64,000 bases of DNA, taken from assembly GCA_963798845.1 (NCBI GenBank), contig CAWCUS010000002.1, forward strand, positions 10,073 through 74,072, read 5' to 3'. Both the position numbers and the translations under genes were made by a program. The notes beneath the pieces were generated by a model that had not been told where the DNA came from, did not search any database, and saw nothing but the letters and a program-made list of their open reading frames with translations. Position 1 is the stretch's first letter. Each line of letters begins with the position of its first letter. The DNA comes from an uncultured Gemmatimonadales bacterium (GTDB lineage Bacteria; Gemmatimonadota; Gemmatimonadetes; Longimicrobiales; RSA9). Shown here piece by piece: positions 18,146 to 26,984 of this stretch.

Positions 18146-18412
18146 GAGGGGCTCGGCCTGACGGCCTCGCAGAGGGGCTCGGCCTGACGGCCTCGCAGAG
18201 GGGCTCGGCCATTCGGCCTCGCAGAGGGGCTCGGCCTGCGGCCTCGCAGAGGGGCTCGGCCATTCGGCCTCGCAGAGGGGCTCGGCCTGCGGCCTCGCAG
18301 AGGGGCTCGGCCTGCGGCCTCGCAGAGGGGCTCGGCCTGCGGCCTCGCAGAGGGGCTCGGCCTGCGGCCTCGCAGAGGGGCTCGGCCTGCGGCCTCGCAG
18401 AGGGGCTCGCTG
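18146..18412. repeat. Tandem array A: ~10.5 head-to-tail copies of a 25/26-bp unit GAGGGGCTCGGCC[TGC|TGAC|ATTC]GGCCTCGCA
   Basis: Unit starts read directly at 18146, 18172, 18198, 18224, 18249, 18275, 18300, 18325, 18350, 18375 and 18400 (partial). No spacers between units. Confidence 0.9.
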
Positions 18413-18471
18413 ACGCTCGCTCCGCGGCGGCTGTCGCCGCCGGGGTGAGTGGACCCGATCTGACCGCGGGC

Positions 18472-18684
18472 GAGCCCCTCTGCGCGCCTCCGGCGCGCCC
18501 CTCTGCGAACGAAGTGAGCCCCTCTGCGCGCCTCCGGCGCGCCCCTCTGCGAACGAAGTGAGCCCCTCTGCGCGCCTCCGGCGCGCCCCTCTGCGAACGA
18601 AGTGAGCCCCTCTGCGCGCCTCCGGCGCGCCCCTCTGCGAACGAAGTGAGCCCCTCTGCGCGCCTCCGGCGCGCCCCTCTGCGA
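18472..18684. repeat. Tandem array B: ~4.8 copies of a 44-bp unit GAGCCCCTCTGCG-CGCCTCCGGC-GCGCCCCTCTGCG-AACGAAGT, whose core is inverted relative to array A
   Basis: Unit starts at 18472, 18516, 18560, 18604 and 18648. Each unit holds two copies of CCCCTCTGCG (the reverse complement of CGCAGAGGGG in array A) and a GCGCGCC-tcc-GGCGCGC hairpin. Confidence 0.9.
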
Positions 18685-18788
18685 GGGCGGAGCCCGAGCC
18701 CCCCGCGGTGTACCACTTGGCCGGTGACCTCCACGCCGGTAGTGTTGGCGAGACCGGAGCGGGACGGAAACGGCCGCATGGGAGCAGC

Positions 18789-20000
18789 GTGATCGAGCGA
18801 CGGCAGACGGTGACGGTGGACGTGGGCGGAGTGAAGGTGGGGTCGGCCCACCCGATCGTCGTACAGTCCATGACGAACACGGACACGGCCAATGCGGCCG
18901 GCACGGCGGAGCAGGTGGCGCACCTGCGTGGTGCGGGCAGCGAGCTGGTGCGTGTCACGGTGAACAACGACGACGCGGCGAAGGCGGTGCCGGAGATCGT
19001 CGCGCGGCTGGCGGACGTGGGGCTGGACGTGCCGATCGTGGGGGACTTCCACTACAACGGGCACCAGTTGCTGGCGAAGCACCCTGATGCGGCGGCGGCG
19101 CTGGCGAAGTACCGGATCAACCCGGGCAATGTGGGAGCCAGGCGCCGGGACGAGAACTTCCAGACCATCGTGCGGATCGCGATGGAGCGGGGGAAGCCGG
19201 TCCGGATCGGCGTGAACTGGGGGTCGCTCGACCAGCACCTCCTGACGGAGATGATGGACGCCAACGCGCTCAGCTCGACGCCACTGGACGCGCGGGCCGT
19301 GATGATCGAGGCGATGATCGAGAGCGCGCTGCGCTCGGCCTCGCTGGCGGAGGAAACGGGACTGGGCCACGACCGGATCGTGCTGAGCGCGAAGGTGAGT
19401 GGTGTGCAGGACCTGGTGGAGGTTTACCGGAAGCTCGCGGCGCGCTGCGACTACCCGCTCCACCTCGGGCTCACCGAGGCCGGGATGGGGACGAAGGGGG
19501 TGGTCGCCACCACCGCCGGCCTCAGCATCCTCCTCCAGGACGGGATTGGCGACACGATCCGCGTTTCGCTCACGCCGCGGCCGGGCGGCGACCGGGCCGA
19601 GGAGGTGCGGGTGGCGCAGCAGGTCCTCCAGTCGATGGGGATCCGGAGCTTCACTCCGCAAGTGACCTCGTGCCCCGGCTGCGGGCGCACCACGAGCACG
19701 TACTTCCAGCGGATGGCGGAGGAGATCCAGGCGTACACTCGCGACCGCATGCCCGATTGGCGGGTGCGCTACCCCGGGGTGGAAGAGCTCCGGCTGGCGG
19801 TGATGGGGTGCGTGGTAAACGGCCCGGGCGAGTCGAAGCACGCGCATATCGGGATCAGCCTGCCGGGCACGTTCGAGGAACCGAAGGCGCCCGTGTACGT
19901 GGACGGAGAGCTGCTCACCACCCTGAAGGGGGAGGGCCTGGTCGAGGAGTTCAAGGGGATCCTGGACCGCTACGTGGCAGACCGTTTCGCGCCGCGCTGA
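18789..20000 (+). CDS. ispG: 4-hydroxy-3-methylbut-2-en-1-yl diphosphate synthase (flavodoxin), IspG/GcpE
   Basis: [18 protein letters not shown] and GCVVNGPGE are Fe-S ligand blocks. Start uncertain: GTG 18789 with GGGAG upstream was chosen. The track ORF opens at GTG 18708, at the edge of the repeat block. Confidence 0.9.
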   Translation: MIERRQTVTVDVGGVKVGSAHPIVVQSMTNTDTANAAGTAEQVAHLRGAGSELVRVTVNNDDAAKAVPEIVARLADVGLDVPIVGDFHYNGHQLLAKHPDAAAALAKYRINPGNVGARRRDENFQTIVRIAMERGKPVRIGVNWGSLDQHLLTEMMDANALSSTPLDARAVMIEAMIESALRSASLAEETGLGHDRIVLSAKVSGVQDLVEVYRKLAARCDYPLHLGLTEAGMGTKGVVATTAGLSILLQDGIGDTIRVSLTPRPGGDRAEEVRVAQQVLQSMGIRSFTPQVTSCPGCGRTTSTYFQRMAEEIQAYTRDRMPDWRVRYPGVEELRLAVMGCVVNGPGESKHAHIGISLPGTFEEPKAPVYVDGELLTTLKGEGLVEEFKGILDRYVADRFAPR

Positions 20001-20065
20001 GTGAGGCGGAGTGCCCCCGCGCGTGAACGGTCGTCCCGTCGCAGGTCTCGCCCTGGAGGAGCGGG

Positions 20066-20476
20066 ATGGCAAAACGCGACACCGGTGACCCCGGTATGGC
20101 GGGCTGGCGCGGGCGACGCGCGGTGGCGGCGTCGATCCTGGGCGTGGTCCTGGTCGGTGGGTACTTCGCCGCGCCGAGCGGGGACGCGGGGGCGCTTCCG
20201 GGGATCTACCTGCTGAACGCTGCGATCCTGGTGGTGGCATTCTGGTTCCCTGCCATGCGCATCGAGTCGGCGGGGGACGTGGTGCGCCAGTGGGTCCCGC
20301 TGCTGGTGTGGCTGCTGGCCTGGACGCTGGTCTGGGACCTCGCCAGCTCCGGCATCTGGGGCCGCCGCCGCGTCTTCCAGGAGTGGTGGCTGGTGTATCC
20401 TTCCGGCGTCGTGGTCCTCGGTGCGCTCCTGGCGCTGCACGGCGCCGTGGTCGGGCGGGTCGAAGGGCCCCGTTAG
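20066..20476 (+). CDS. Hypothetical integral membrane protein (about 4 TM)
   Basis: 136 aa with GGAGGA 6 nt before the ATG. Hydrophobic helices and a Trp-rich segment (LLVWLLAWTLVWDL). No motif recognised. Confidence 0.55.
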   Translation: MAKRDTGDPGMAGWRGRRAVAASILGVVLVGGYFAAPSGDAGALPGIYLLNAAILVVAFWFPAMRIESAGDVVRQWVPLLVWLLAWTLVWDLASSGIWGRRRVFQEWWLVYPSGVVVLGALLALHGAVVGRVEGPR

Positions 20477-21702
20477 GCGACGGCGGAGGCCTCCCCATAT
20501 CCGCTCTCCTCTTCATCCTCGCCCTGGCCACGTGCGCCGGGAGCCTGCTGCTCGGCTTCGACCTGGTGCGGGGCCTGGCATCGCTCCCGCGGCTGCGGGA
20601 CGCGCCGGACGCGGTGCAGACGGGCGGAGTGGAAGTCCCGACCGTGTCCGTGGTGGTCGCGGCCCGCGACGAGGCGCCCCACATCGCCCGAGCGATCCTG
20701 ACGCTCCTGCGGCAGGACTATCCGCGCTTCGAGGTCGTGGCAGTGGACGACCGCTCCAGCGACGGGACCGGGCAGATCCTGGATCACATGAGGGACCCGC
20801 GGCTGAAGGTGCTGCACGTGACGGAGCTTCCGGACGGCTGGCTGGGGAAGAATTACGCACTGGAGCGGGGGGCGCGGGTTGCGACGGGAGAGCTGCTCCT
20901 GTTTACGGACGCCGACGTCCACATGCGCCCGGACGCCCTCCGACGCGCGGTCGGGCTGCTGGAGCGCGACCGGCTGGACCACCTGGCCGTGACGCCCCGG
21001 ATCGACGCCGGAACCCGGTGGGCGAGGGCGGTGGTGGCGGTGTTCCTCGTCGTCTTCTCCACCTTCTTCCGCCCGTGGAAGGCGGTGGATCCGCGCAGCC
21101 CCTGGTTCATCGGCGTGGGCGCGTTCAACCTGGTGCGGACCGACGCGTACCGCGCAGTGGGCGGCCACGGATCCGTGGCGCTGCGCCCGGACGACGACGT
21201 GCGTCTGGGCCGCGAGTTGAAGCGGGCCGGGTACCGGCAGGCGGCGGCCTCCGGTGCCGAGCGGGTGCAGGTGGAGTGGTACCCCTCCGTCGGAGCCATG
21301 GCCCGAGGCCTCCGCAAGAATGCCTTCGCCGTGGCGCGCTATCGCCTGTCGCTGGTCGCGGCCGGAACGGCGCTCCCTATCGTGTTCATCTTCTGGCCGC
21401 TCACGGCCCTCCTGGTCACCTCGGGCGCCACCTGGTGGCTGAACCTGGTCGTCGTGCTCACGGGTGCCCTGGTGACGGGCTCCATCGCCCGCGGTTCCGG
21501 CCTCCCGGCGTGGACGGGCGCAGTTTACCCGCTGGCGGCGGCGACGCTGCTGTGGATCATCTGGTCAGCCGCGCTGCGGGCGGTCTTGCGCGGGTCCATC
21601 GAATGGCGAGGAACGGAGTACCCGCTGTCACGGCTGCGCCTGGCGGACCAGCGCCGTTTCAGACGAGCAGGATGGTGGCCGCGAAGGCGAGGGGGACGGT
21701 GA
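20383..21702 (+). CDS. Family 2 glycosyltransferase with membrane-spanning N- and C-terminal regions
   Basis: VSVVVAARDEAPHI, YPRFEVVAVDDRSSDGT, LPDGWLGKNYAL, LLFTDADV (DxD) and a C-terminal multi-TM region. Start uncertain: no ATG/GTG/TTG near the first TM helix, so GTG 20383 was chosen, which overlaps the upstream ORF by ~90 nt. Confidence 0.75.
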   Translation: MVAGVSFRRRGPRCAPGAARRRGRAGRRAPLGDGGGLPISALLFILALATCAGSLLLGFDLVRGLASLPRLRDAPDAVQTGGVEVPTVSVVVAARDEAPHIARAILTLLRQDYPRFEVVAVDDRSSDGTGQILDHMRDPRLKVLHVTELPDGWLGKNYALERGARVATGELLLFTDADVHMRPDALRRAVGLLERDRLDHLAVTPRIDAGTRWARAVVAVFLVVFSTFFRPWKAVDPRSPWFIGVGAFNLVRTDAYRAVGGHGSVALRPDDDVRLGRELKRAGYRQAAASGAERVQVEWYPSVGAMARGLRKNAFAVARYRLSLVAAGTALPIVFIFWPLTALLVTSGATWWLNLVVVLTGALVTGSIARGSGLPAWTGAVYPLAAATLLWIIWSAALRAVLRGSIEWRGTEYPLSRLRLADQRRFRRAGWWPRRRGGR

Positions 21703-22714
21703 TGGCGAAGACCCAGAAATAGGCCCACCCGAGCGTCCACCACTTGAGGAAGGTGACCATTCGACCCTGGCCGTACACCCGCCGCATGGCCAGGAAAACG
21801 TACGCGGCGACCCACAGGAGCAGGCCCAGGACAATCCAGCCGGCGAGCAGCCCCACCTGCCCCAGCAGCAGCATCGCGGTGAAGATCAGGAAGACGAAGG
21901 TGTGGACGTGGAGCAGGAAGATGAAATGCTCGGCGTAGAAGCGGCCCGTCCGAACGTAGAGGAGCTTCAACACCAGCGCGAAGATCGGCAGCAGGATGAA
22001 CATCACGGTCGGGATGTAGCCGAAGAACCCCCGCGCCACGCGCTCGGCGGCCTGTCGCGGCTCCATGGCACCGAGCTCGCGGGTTCGCCGCACGAGGACG
22101 GAATCCAGGCGCGCGATGCCCGTGTGGGCCGGCCCCAGCTTCAGCCAGCTGTCGCTCGTGTCCTGCTGCGCGGGCCCCGAGGCATCGGCGTGGGCGAGGC
22201 CGCTCACCCCGGAGTTGCGGGCGAGGCGGCTCGCCAGGGAGTCGCGGGCGGCGCGCACGTTGGCGCGCACCTGGGGCGCGAGTGTCGAGTCGGCGAGCAG
22301 GACGTCGAAGCGGGCCACCGCGGCCGAGTCGGCGTTGGCGCCGGTGACGCGGTCTGCCTCCCCGAACTCCGCGTGTTCGAGCGCATGCAGACTGAAGAAC
22401 GAGAGGACGAGGAAGAAGATCACGCTACCGGCCAGGTACATCTTGAGCGGCCGGACGTACCGGACAATGCGGCCGTCAATGTGCTCCCGGGTGAGAAAGC
22501 CGGGGTGCAGGAAGAGCCCGGCGAGCGTCCGGGGCAGCCGCTTGTCCAGGACGAACTGGTCCTCCAGAACGTCCATCACCATCGCCCGGACGGACACGCG
22601 CACCTCCGTCTTCCGCTGCCCGCACGTGGGGCAGTACTGCCCGGGCGTGGGATCCCCGCAGTTCCGGCACGGCTCCTCTGGGCGGATCACCGGCTCCTGG
22701 CGCGCTCTGGTCAT
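21659..22714 (-). CDS. DUF3667-like zinc-ribbon membrane protein
   Basis: N-terminal CRNCGDPTPGQYCPTCGQ (2x CxxC) followed by several TM helices. Met at 22714; the track ORF opens at GTG 22753. Confidence 0.7.
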   Translation of the reverse strand: MTRARQEPVIRPEEPCRNCGDPTPGQYCPTCGQRKTEVRVSVRAMVMDVLEDQFVLDKRLPRTLAGLFLHPGFLTREHIDGRIVRYVRPLKMYLAGSVIFFLVLSFFSLHALEHAEFGEADRVTGANADSAAVARFDVLLADSTLAPQVRANVRAARDSLASRLARNSGVSGLAHADASGPAQQDTSDSWLKLGPAHTGIARLDSVLVRRTRELGAMEPRQAAERVARGFFGYIPTVMFILLPIFALVLKLLYVRTGRFYAEHFIFLLHVHTFVFLIFTAMLLLGQVGLLAGWIVLGLLLWVAAYVFLAMRRVYGQGRMVTFLKWWTLGWAYFWVFAITVPLAFAATILLV

Positions 22715-22836
22715 GTGGCACAGAATTTCGGGACGGCGGCGGGTTGCCGCCACCCGGTGTGCGCGCCGCTCCGCCGCCCCGGCGTCCGCGCCTCACGACG
22801 AGGAGCGCGCCTTCCCTCACCCTTCCCGGCGTCGCC

Positions 22837-23172
22837 ATGGTATCCAACGACTACCGCGACTTCGTTCTGGAGCAGCTCCGGCGGGCCACGCCGGCCGTCG
22901 TTCATCATCGGGCAATGTTCGGCGGTGTGGGCATCTATGCGGACGGCGTGTTCTTCGCCCTCATCGCGGAAGACGTGCTGTACCTGAGGGCGGACGAGGA
23001 GACGCGGCCGGCGTTCGAGTCGCGCGGCATGGGCCCGTTCCTCCCGTACGACGACCCGGCGCGCCCAATGCGCGGCTACTATCAGCTCCCCGGCGACCTG
23101 CTGGAGGATGCCGAGTCGCTGGGCGAATGGGTGGAGGGGGCGGTGGCCGCGTCGCGGCGGGCTCGCCGCTGA
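22837..23172 (+). CDS. TfoX/Sxy N-terminal-domain family protein
   Basis: Met at 22837. FVLEQLRRA, MFGGVGIYADGVFFALIAEDVLYLRAD and YYQLPGDLLEDAESLGEWV resemble TfoX_N. Confidence 0.75.
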   Translation: MVSNDYRDFVLEQLRRATPAVVHHRAMFGGVGIYADGVFFALIAEDVLYLRADEETRPAFESRGMGPFLPYDDPARPMRGYYQLPGDLLEDAESLGEWVEGAVAASRRARR

Positions 23173-23177
23173 CACGA

Positions 23178-23789
23178 CTACCGGTCCACCGCACTGGCAG
23201 GAACCGTGACCCGCACCACGCCCCGGAACTCGCCTTCGCGATAGCCGGTGGCCTGGTCGAGGGGGTAACGCTCGCTCAGAATGCTGCGCACGGCGGGGTC
23301 CATCTGGTCCGGGTCTCCGTGGCATTCCAGGCACATGTGCCCGATCCGGAGCGGAATGTAGTAGCGGTAGCTGCCCGCGGACGTGCGCTGCACGTACGAT
23401 GACGGCGCTCCCGACGCCGACCCTTCCCGCGACGCGAAGTACGCCAGCGCTTCGGCTTCCAGGGAATCGGGGGCGTTGCGCGGGTTCCGCGTTCGGAGCG
23501 TGGTTCGCTTCACTTCCCACCCCGGCCCCAGGGAGCGCGACACGCTGTCGGTCAGCTCCTGCGCCTCCCCCGAGCAGAACGCGATTGCGTCCGCCGGGCC
23601 GCCGTTCGCCAGCGCAGCGTTGAGCCGCCCGCCGAGGGTTCGCACGAGCGACATGGCAGCGGAATCTCCGACCTCCGCCACCGCGGCGCGCGCGCCATCG
23701 TCAATGGCTGACTCGCCGCTCCCCCCGCACGCGGCGGCGGCGACGGCGAGCGCGAGCATGCCCGTGACTGCGGTCCTCCTCTTCGCCAT
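23178..23789 (-). CDS. DUF3365-type c-heme-binding lipoprotein
   Basis: AGGAGG RBS. Lipobox LAVAAAACGG and a single CXXCH (CLECH) near the C-terminus within YYIPLRIGHMCLECHGDP, as in Tll0287-like heme sensor domains. Confidence 0.7.
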   Translation of the reverse strand: MAKRRTAVTGMLALAVAAAACGGSGESAIDDGARAAVAEVGDSAAMSLVRTLGGRLNAALANGGPADAIAFCSGEAQELTDSVSRSLGPGWEVKRTTLRTRNPRNAPDSLEAEALAYFASREGSASGAPSSYVQRTSAGSYRYYIPLRIGHMCLECHGDPDQMDPAVRSILSERYPLDQATGYREGEFRGVVRVTVPASAVDR

Positions 23790-24035
23790 CGGTCCTCCTG
23801 GTTCGCTGCATCGCTGGAGGAAGCTGACGCGCCGACGCTTCCCGCGCCATGGTTCCAGTCCTCGTGGCGGTGGGGGATCGGCTGGCGTTCGAAGCGCGGA
23901 TGCGTGACGTTCGCTTCTGGTTTTCGCCCAATCATCCAGCTCACGGCGGATTCGTCACCGTCTTCCCGGTGAAGGTGCTGGTCGCGCGGCACCAAGTGAA
24001 GGAAGCGCTGAACGAGCCGCGAAGGACGGCAGGAC

Positions 24036-24686
24036 ATGGCTGACGGCAGGGGGTCCTTCTACGCCGATCGCCTCTACCCCCACCTTCTGGAGTGGGTGTC
24101 GGGACACTTCGATGATCGACGCCGCGCGCTGCTGGCCCGGGCGTCGGGGCGCGTGCTGGAGCTCGGTGTAGGGACGGGGGCGGGGCTCGGGCTCTACCCG
24201 CCGCACGTGAAGGAGGTCGTGGGAATCGACCCCCATGCCGCCGTTCTGCGGCGCGCCGAGCGTCACCTGCGCCGGCTGCGCGCCTCGGACGTGGCCGCGC
24301 CGCCGTACCGCGTCGAGCTGGAGGCGGCGGATGCGCAGGCGCTCCCCTTCGAGGACGCCGCGTTCGACACGGTGGTCGCGTTCCTGACCCTGTGCACCGT
24401 GCCCGACCCCGACGCGGCGGCGCGGGAAGCGCGGCGGGTGCTGAAGCCCGGGGGTCGCCTGCTGGTGCTGGAGCACGTTGGGGCGGAGCCCGGGACGTCG
24501 CTGGCCCGATGGCAGGCGCGGCTCGACCCAGCCTGGTCGCGGCTGGCGGTGGGGTGCCACCTGGACCGCGACACGGCGGCCATCCTCCGCCGCGCCGGCT
24601 TCGACACCTCCCCGCTCTCCGCCTACCGCGACGACGCGCTCTTCCCGCCGACCGCCCCGAGGATCGAGGGCGTGCTGGTGCGGTGA
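24036..24686 (+). CDS. Class I SAM-dependent methyltransferase
   Basis: 216 aa. Motif I VLELGVGTGAGL, and LKPGGRLLVLEH. Confidence 0.85.
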   Translation: MADGRGSFYADRLYPHLLEWVSGHFDDRRRALLARASGRVLELGVGTGAGLGLYPPHVKEVVGIDPHAAVLRRAERHLRRLRASDVAAPPYRVELEAADAQALPFEDAAFDTVVAFLTLCTVPDPDAAAREARRVLKPGGRLLVLEHVGAEPGTSLARWQARLDPAWSRLAVGCHLDRDTAAILRRAGFDTSPLSAYRDDALFPPTAPRIEGVLVR

Positions 24687-24823
24687 CCACCCGTCAGGCA
24701 ACGCTTTCCGGCGCCTGCGCGTCCGAGGTTCGGGAAGGCGAGTGACCCCGATCCGCGCGACGGGGTAGACCACGAGGCCGGCGACCCGGCCGGCCCGGCA
24801 GACACAACGAGGAAAGCAGGCAC

Positions 24824-26896
24824 ATGCGAAGCAGCATTGGCAGGACGGCCGCGCTCGCGGTCGCGACCATGGTGGCGACGGCGTGCGCCAGGCCGGAGGC
24901 GCGGACGATGGCGGCGCCGATGGCGTCTGCCCCGTCGGCGGGGCTGGTGAGCGGGATCGCGCTGGAGAACTTCGACACCGGCGTGCGGCCGCAGGATGAC
25001 TTCTACCGCTACGTGAACGGGAAGTGGCTGGAACAGACGGTGATCCCGTCCGACCGCTCGACCTACGGCGCGTTCACGGAGCTTTCCGACCGCTCGGAGC
25101 AGGATCTGAAGGAGATCGTGGAGGAGGCCGCCGCGGCCGAGGACGCGCCGGCGGGTAGCGACCTGCAGAAGGTGGGCGCGCTCTATCGCAGCTTCATGGA
25201 CAGCGCGCGCATCGAGGCGCTGGGCGTGGAGGCGATCCGGCCGGAGCTGGATCGCGTCGCCGCGGTGAGGAGCCACGAAGACCTGCCGCGCTACTGGGGA
25301 GAGGCCGCGCGCACCGGCGGGGCTGCGCCGTTCGGCTCTCGCGTGTCGTTGGATCAGAAGCAGTCCGACCGGTACATCACGTACATGGGCGAGCGCGGGC
25401 TCGGGCTGCCCAACCGCGATTACTACTTCCAGGATGGGGCGCAGTTCGATCAGCTTCGCGACGCGTACCGCGCCCACATCGCGCGCATGCTGAAGCTCGG
25501 CGGGTGGCCGGACGCGGATGCGGCGGCCTCCTCGGTGTTCGATCTGGAGAAAGCCATCGCGGACAAGCACTGGACGCGCGTCCAGAACCGCGACCGCAAC
25601 GCCACCTACAACAAGATGAGCGTCGCGCAGGCGGATTCGCTGATGGGCGACATCGACCTCGCCGCCTACCTGCACGCCGCCGGGCTCGAAGCCGCCGATC
25701 AGGTGATCGTGGCGCAGCCCACGTACTTCGAGGCGCTCCCCGCCATCGTCCACTCCGCCCCGATCGAGACGTGGAAGGCGTACGAAGCGTTCCACCTGCT
25801 GGACGGCGCAGCGCCCATGCTCAGCTCGGCGTTCGTGAATGCCAGCTTCGATTTCAACGGCCGTGTCCTCCAGGGGATCGCGGAGCAGCGGCCGCGCTGG
25901 AAGAACGGCGTCGACCTGGTGGGCGGCTCCCTGCGTGACGTGCTCGGGCGCCTGTACGTCGAGCAGCACTTCACGCCGGAGGCCAAGGCGAAGATGGACA
26001 CGCTCGTCCACAATCTCCTGCGCGCTTTCGAGACGGGCATCGACAACCTCGACTGGATGAGTCCCGCCACCAGGACGGAGGCGAAGAGGAAGCTGGCGAA
26101 CTTCACGCCGAAGATCGGCTACCCGGAAAAGTGGGAGGACTACTCGTCACTGGAGATCCGGGAGGGCGACCTCATGGACAACCTCCGCCGGGTGCGCGAC
26201 TTCCGCTACCAGGACAACATCAGCCGACTGGGCAAGCCCGTGGACCGGACCGAGTGGGGGATGCCGCCCTACATGGTCAACGCCTACTACAATCCGGTGA
26301 TGAACGAGGTGGTGTTCCCGGCCGCCATCCTCCAGCCGCCGTTCTTCAACGCCGCGGCCGATGATGCAGTGAACTACGGCGCCATCGGGGCGGTGATCGG
26401 CCACGAGATCAGCCACGGCTTCGACGACCAGGGGCGCAAGTCGGACGGGGAGGGGAACCTGCGCGACTGGTGGACGCCCGAGGACGCAGCGGCGTTCCAG
26501 GAGAAGGCGGACCGGCTCGTGGCGCAGTACACCGCGTACGAGCCGCTGCCGGAGCTGCACCTGAACGGACAGGCCACCCTCGGCGAGAACATCGGCGATC
26601 TTTCCGGCCTCACCGTGGCCTATGGCGCGTACAAGATCTCGCTGGCCGGGAAGGAAGCCCCGGTGATCGACGGGCTCACCGGTGACCAGCGCTTCTTCCT
26701 GGGGTGGGCCCAGATCTGGCGCACACTCTACACGGACCAGGCGCTCCGAAACCGCATCATGACGGACCCGCACTCCCCCGGCGAGTACCGCACCAACGGC
26801 ATCGTCCGGCACGTGCCGGCGTTCGATGCAGCGTTCGACGTGCAGCCGGGCGACAGCATGTACCTGGCGCCGGACCAGCGCGTGAAGATCTGGTGA
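24824..26896 (+). CDS. M13 family metallopeptidase (PepO / endothelin-converting-enzyme-like), secreted or lipoprotein
   Basis: 690 aa. Signal-like N-terminus with ATAC. NAYYNP, zinc motif VIGHEISHGFD (HExxH), GENIGDLSG and a C-terminal KIW. Confidence 0.9.
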   Translation: MRSSIGRTAALAVATMVATACARPEARTMAAPMASAPSAGLVSGIALENFDTGVRPQDDFYRYVNGKWLEQTVIPSDRSTYGAFTELSDRSEQDLKEIVEEAAAAEDAPAGSDLQKVGALYRSFMDSARIEALGVEAIRPELDRVAAVRSHEDLPRYWGEAARTGGAAPFGSRVSLDQKQSDRYITYMGERGLGLPNRDYYFQDGAQFDQLRDAYRAHIARMLKLGGWPDADAAASSVFDLEKAIADKHWTRVQNRDRNATYNKMSVAQADSLMGDIDLAAYLHAAGLEAADQVIVAQPTYFEALPAIVHSAPIETWKAYEAFHLLDGAAPMLSSAFVNASFDFNGRVLQGIAEQRPRWKNGVDLVGGSLRDVLGRLYVEQHFTPEAKAKMDTLVHNLLRAFETGIDNLDWMSPATRTEAKRKLANFTPKIGYPEKWEDYSSLEIREGDLMDNLRRVRDFRYQDNISRLGKPVDRTEWGMPPYMVNAYYNPVMNEVVFPAAILQPPFFNAAADDAVNYGAIGAVIGHEISHGFDDQGRKSDGEGNLRDWWTPEDAAAFQEKADRLVAQYTAYEPLPELHLNGQATLGENIGDLSGLTVAYGAYKISLAGKEAPVIDGLTGDQRFFLGWAQIWRTLYTDQALRNRIMTDPHSPGEYRTNGIVRHVPAFDAAFDVQPGDSMYLAPDQRVKIW

Positions 26897-26942
26897 CGCG
26901 AGGCTGAGACCGTCACGGCGGCGGCTGGCCGCCGAAGCGAGG

Positions 26943-26976
26943 AGCGGCGCGCCGGAGCACCCGGGGCGCCGCTTTT
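26943..26976 (+). terminator. Rho-independent terminator after the M13 peptidase gene
   Basis: AGCGGCGC-g-CCGG-agcac-CCGG-g-GCGCCGCT followed by TTTT, 47 nt after the stop. A second hairpin CGGCGGC-ggctg-GCCGCCG lies at ~26916-26934. Confidence 0.6.
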
Positions 26977-26984
26977 CCGTGATG

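Noticed and set aside
18146-18412. G-quadruplex potential of the ten GGGG runs in array A
   Set aside because: The G-runs are ~21 nt apart, far longer than the loops of canonical G4 motifs. Hairpin or inverted-repeat pairing explains the layout better.
18146-18684. Possible CRISPR array in the gdh-ispG spacer
   Set aside because: The repeat units are directly contiguous with no unique spacers. The two arrays have different unit lengths (25/26 and 44 bp), and no cas genes are nearby.
23849-24043. 64-aa ORF upstream of the methyltransferase
   Set aside because: Its GC3 is visibly lower than in neighbouring genes, I see no RBS, and I recognise no motif. It is kept only as a weak candidate for a small protein.
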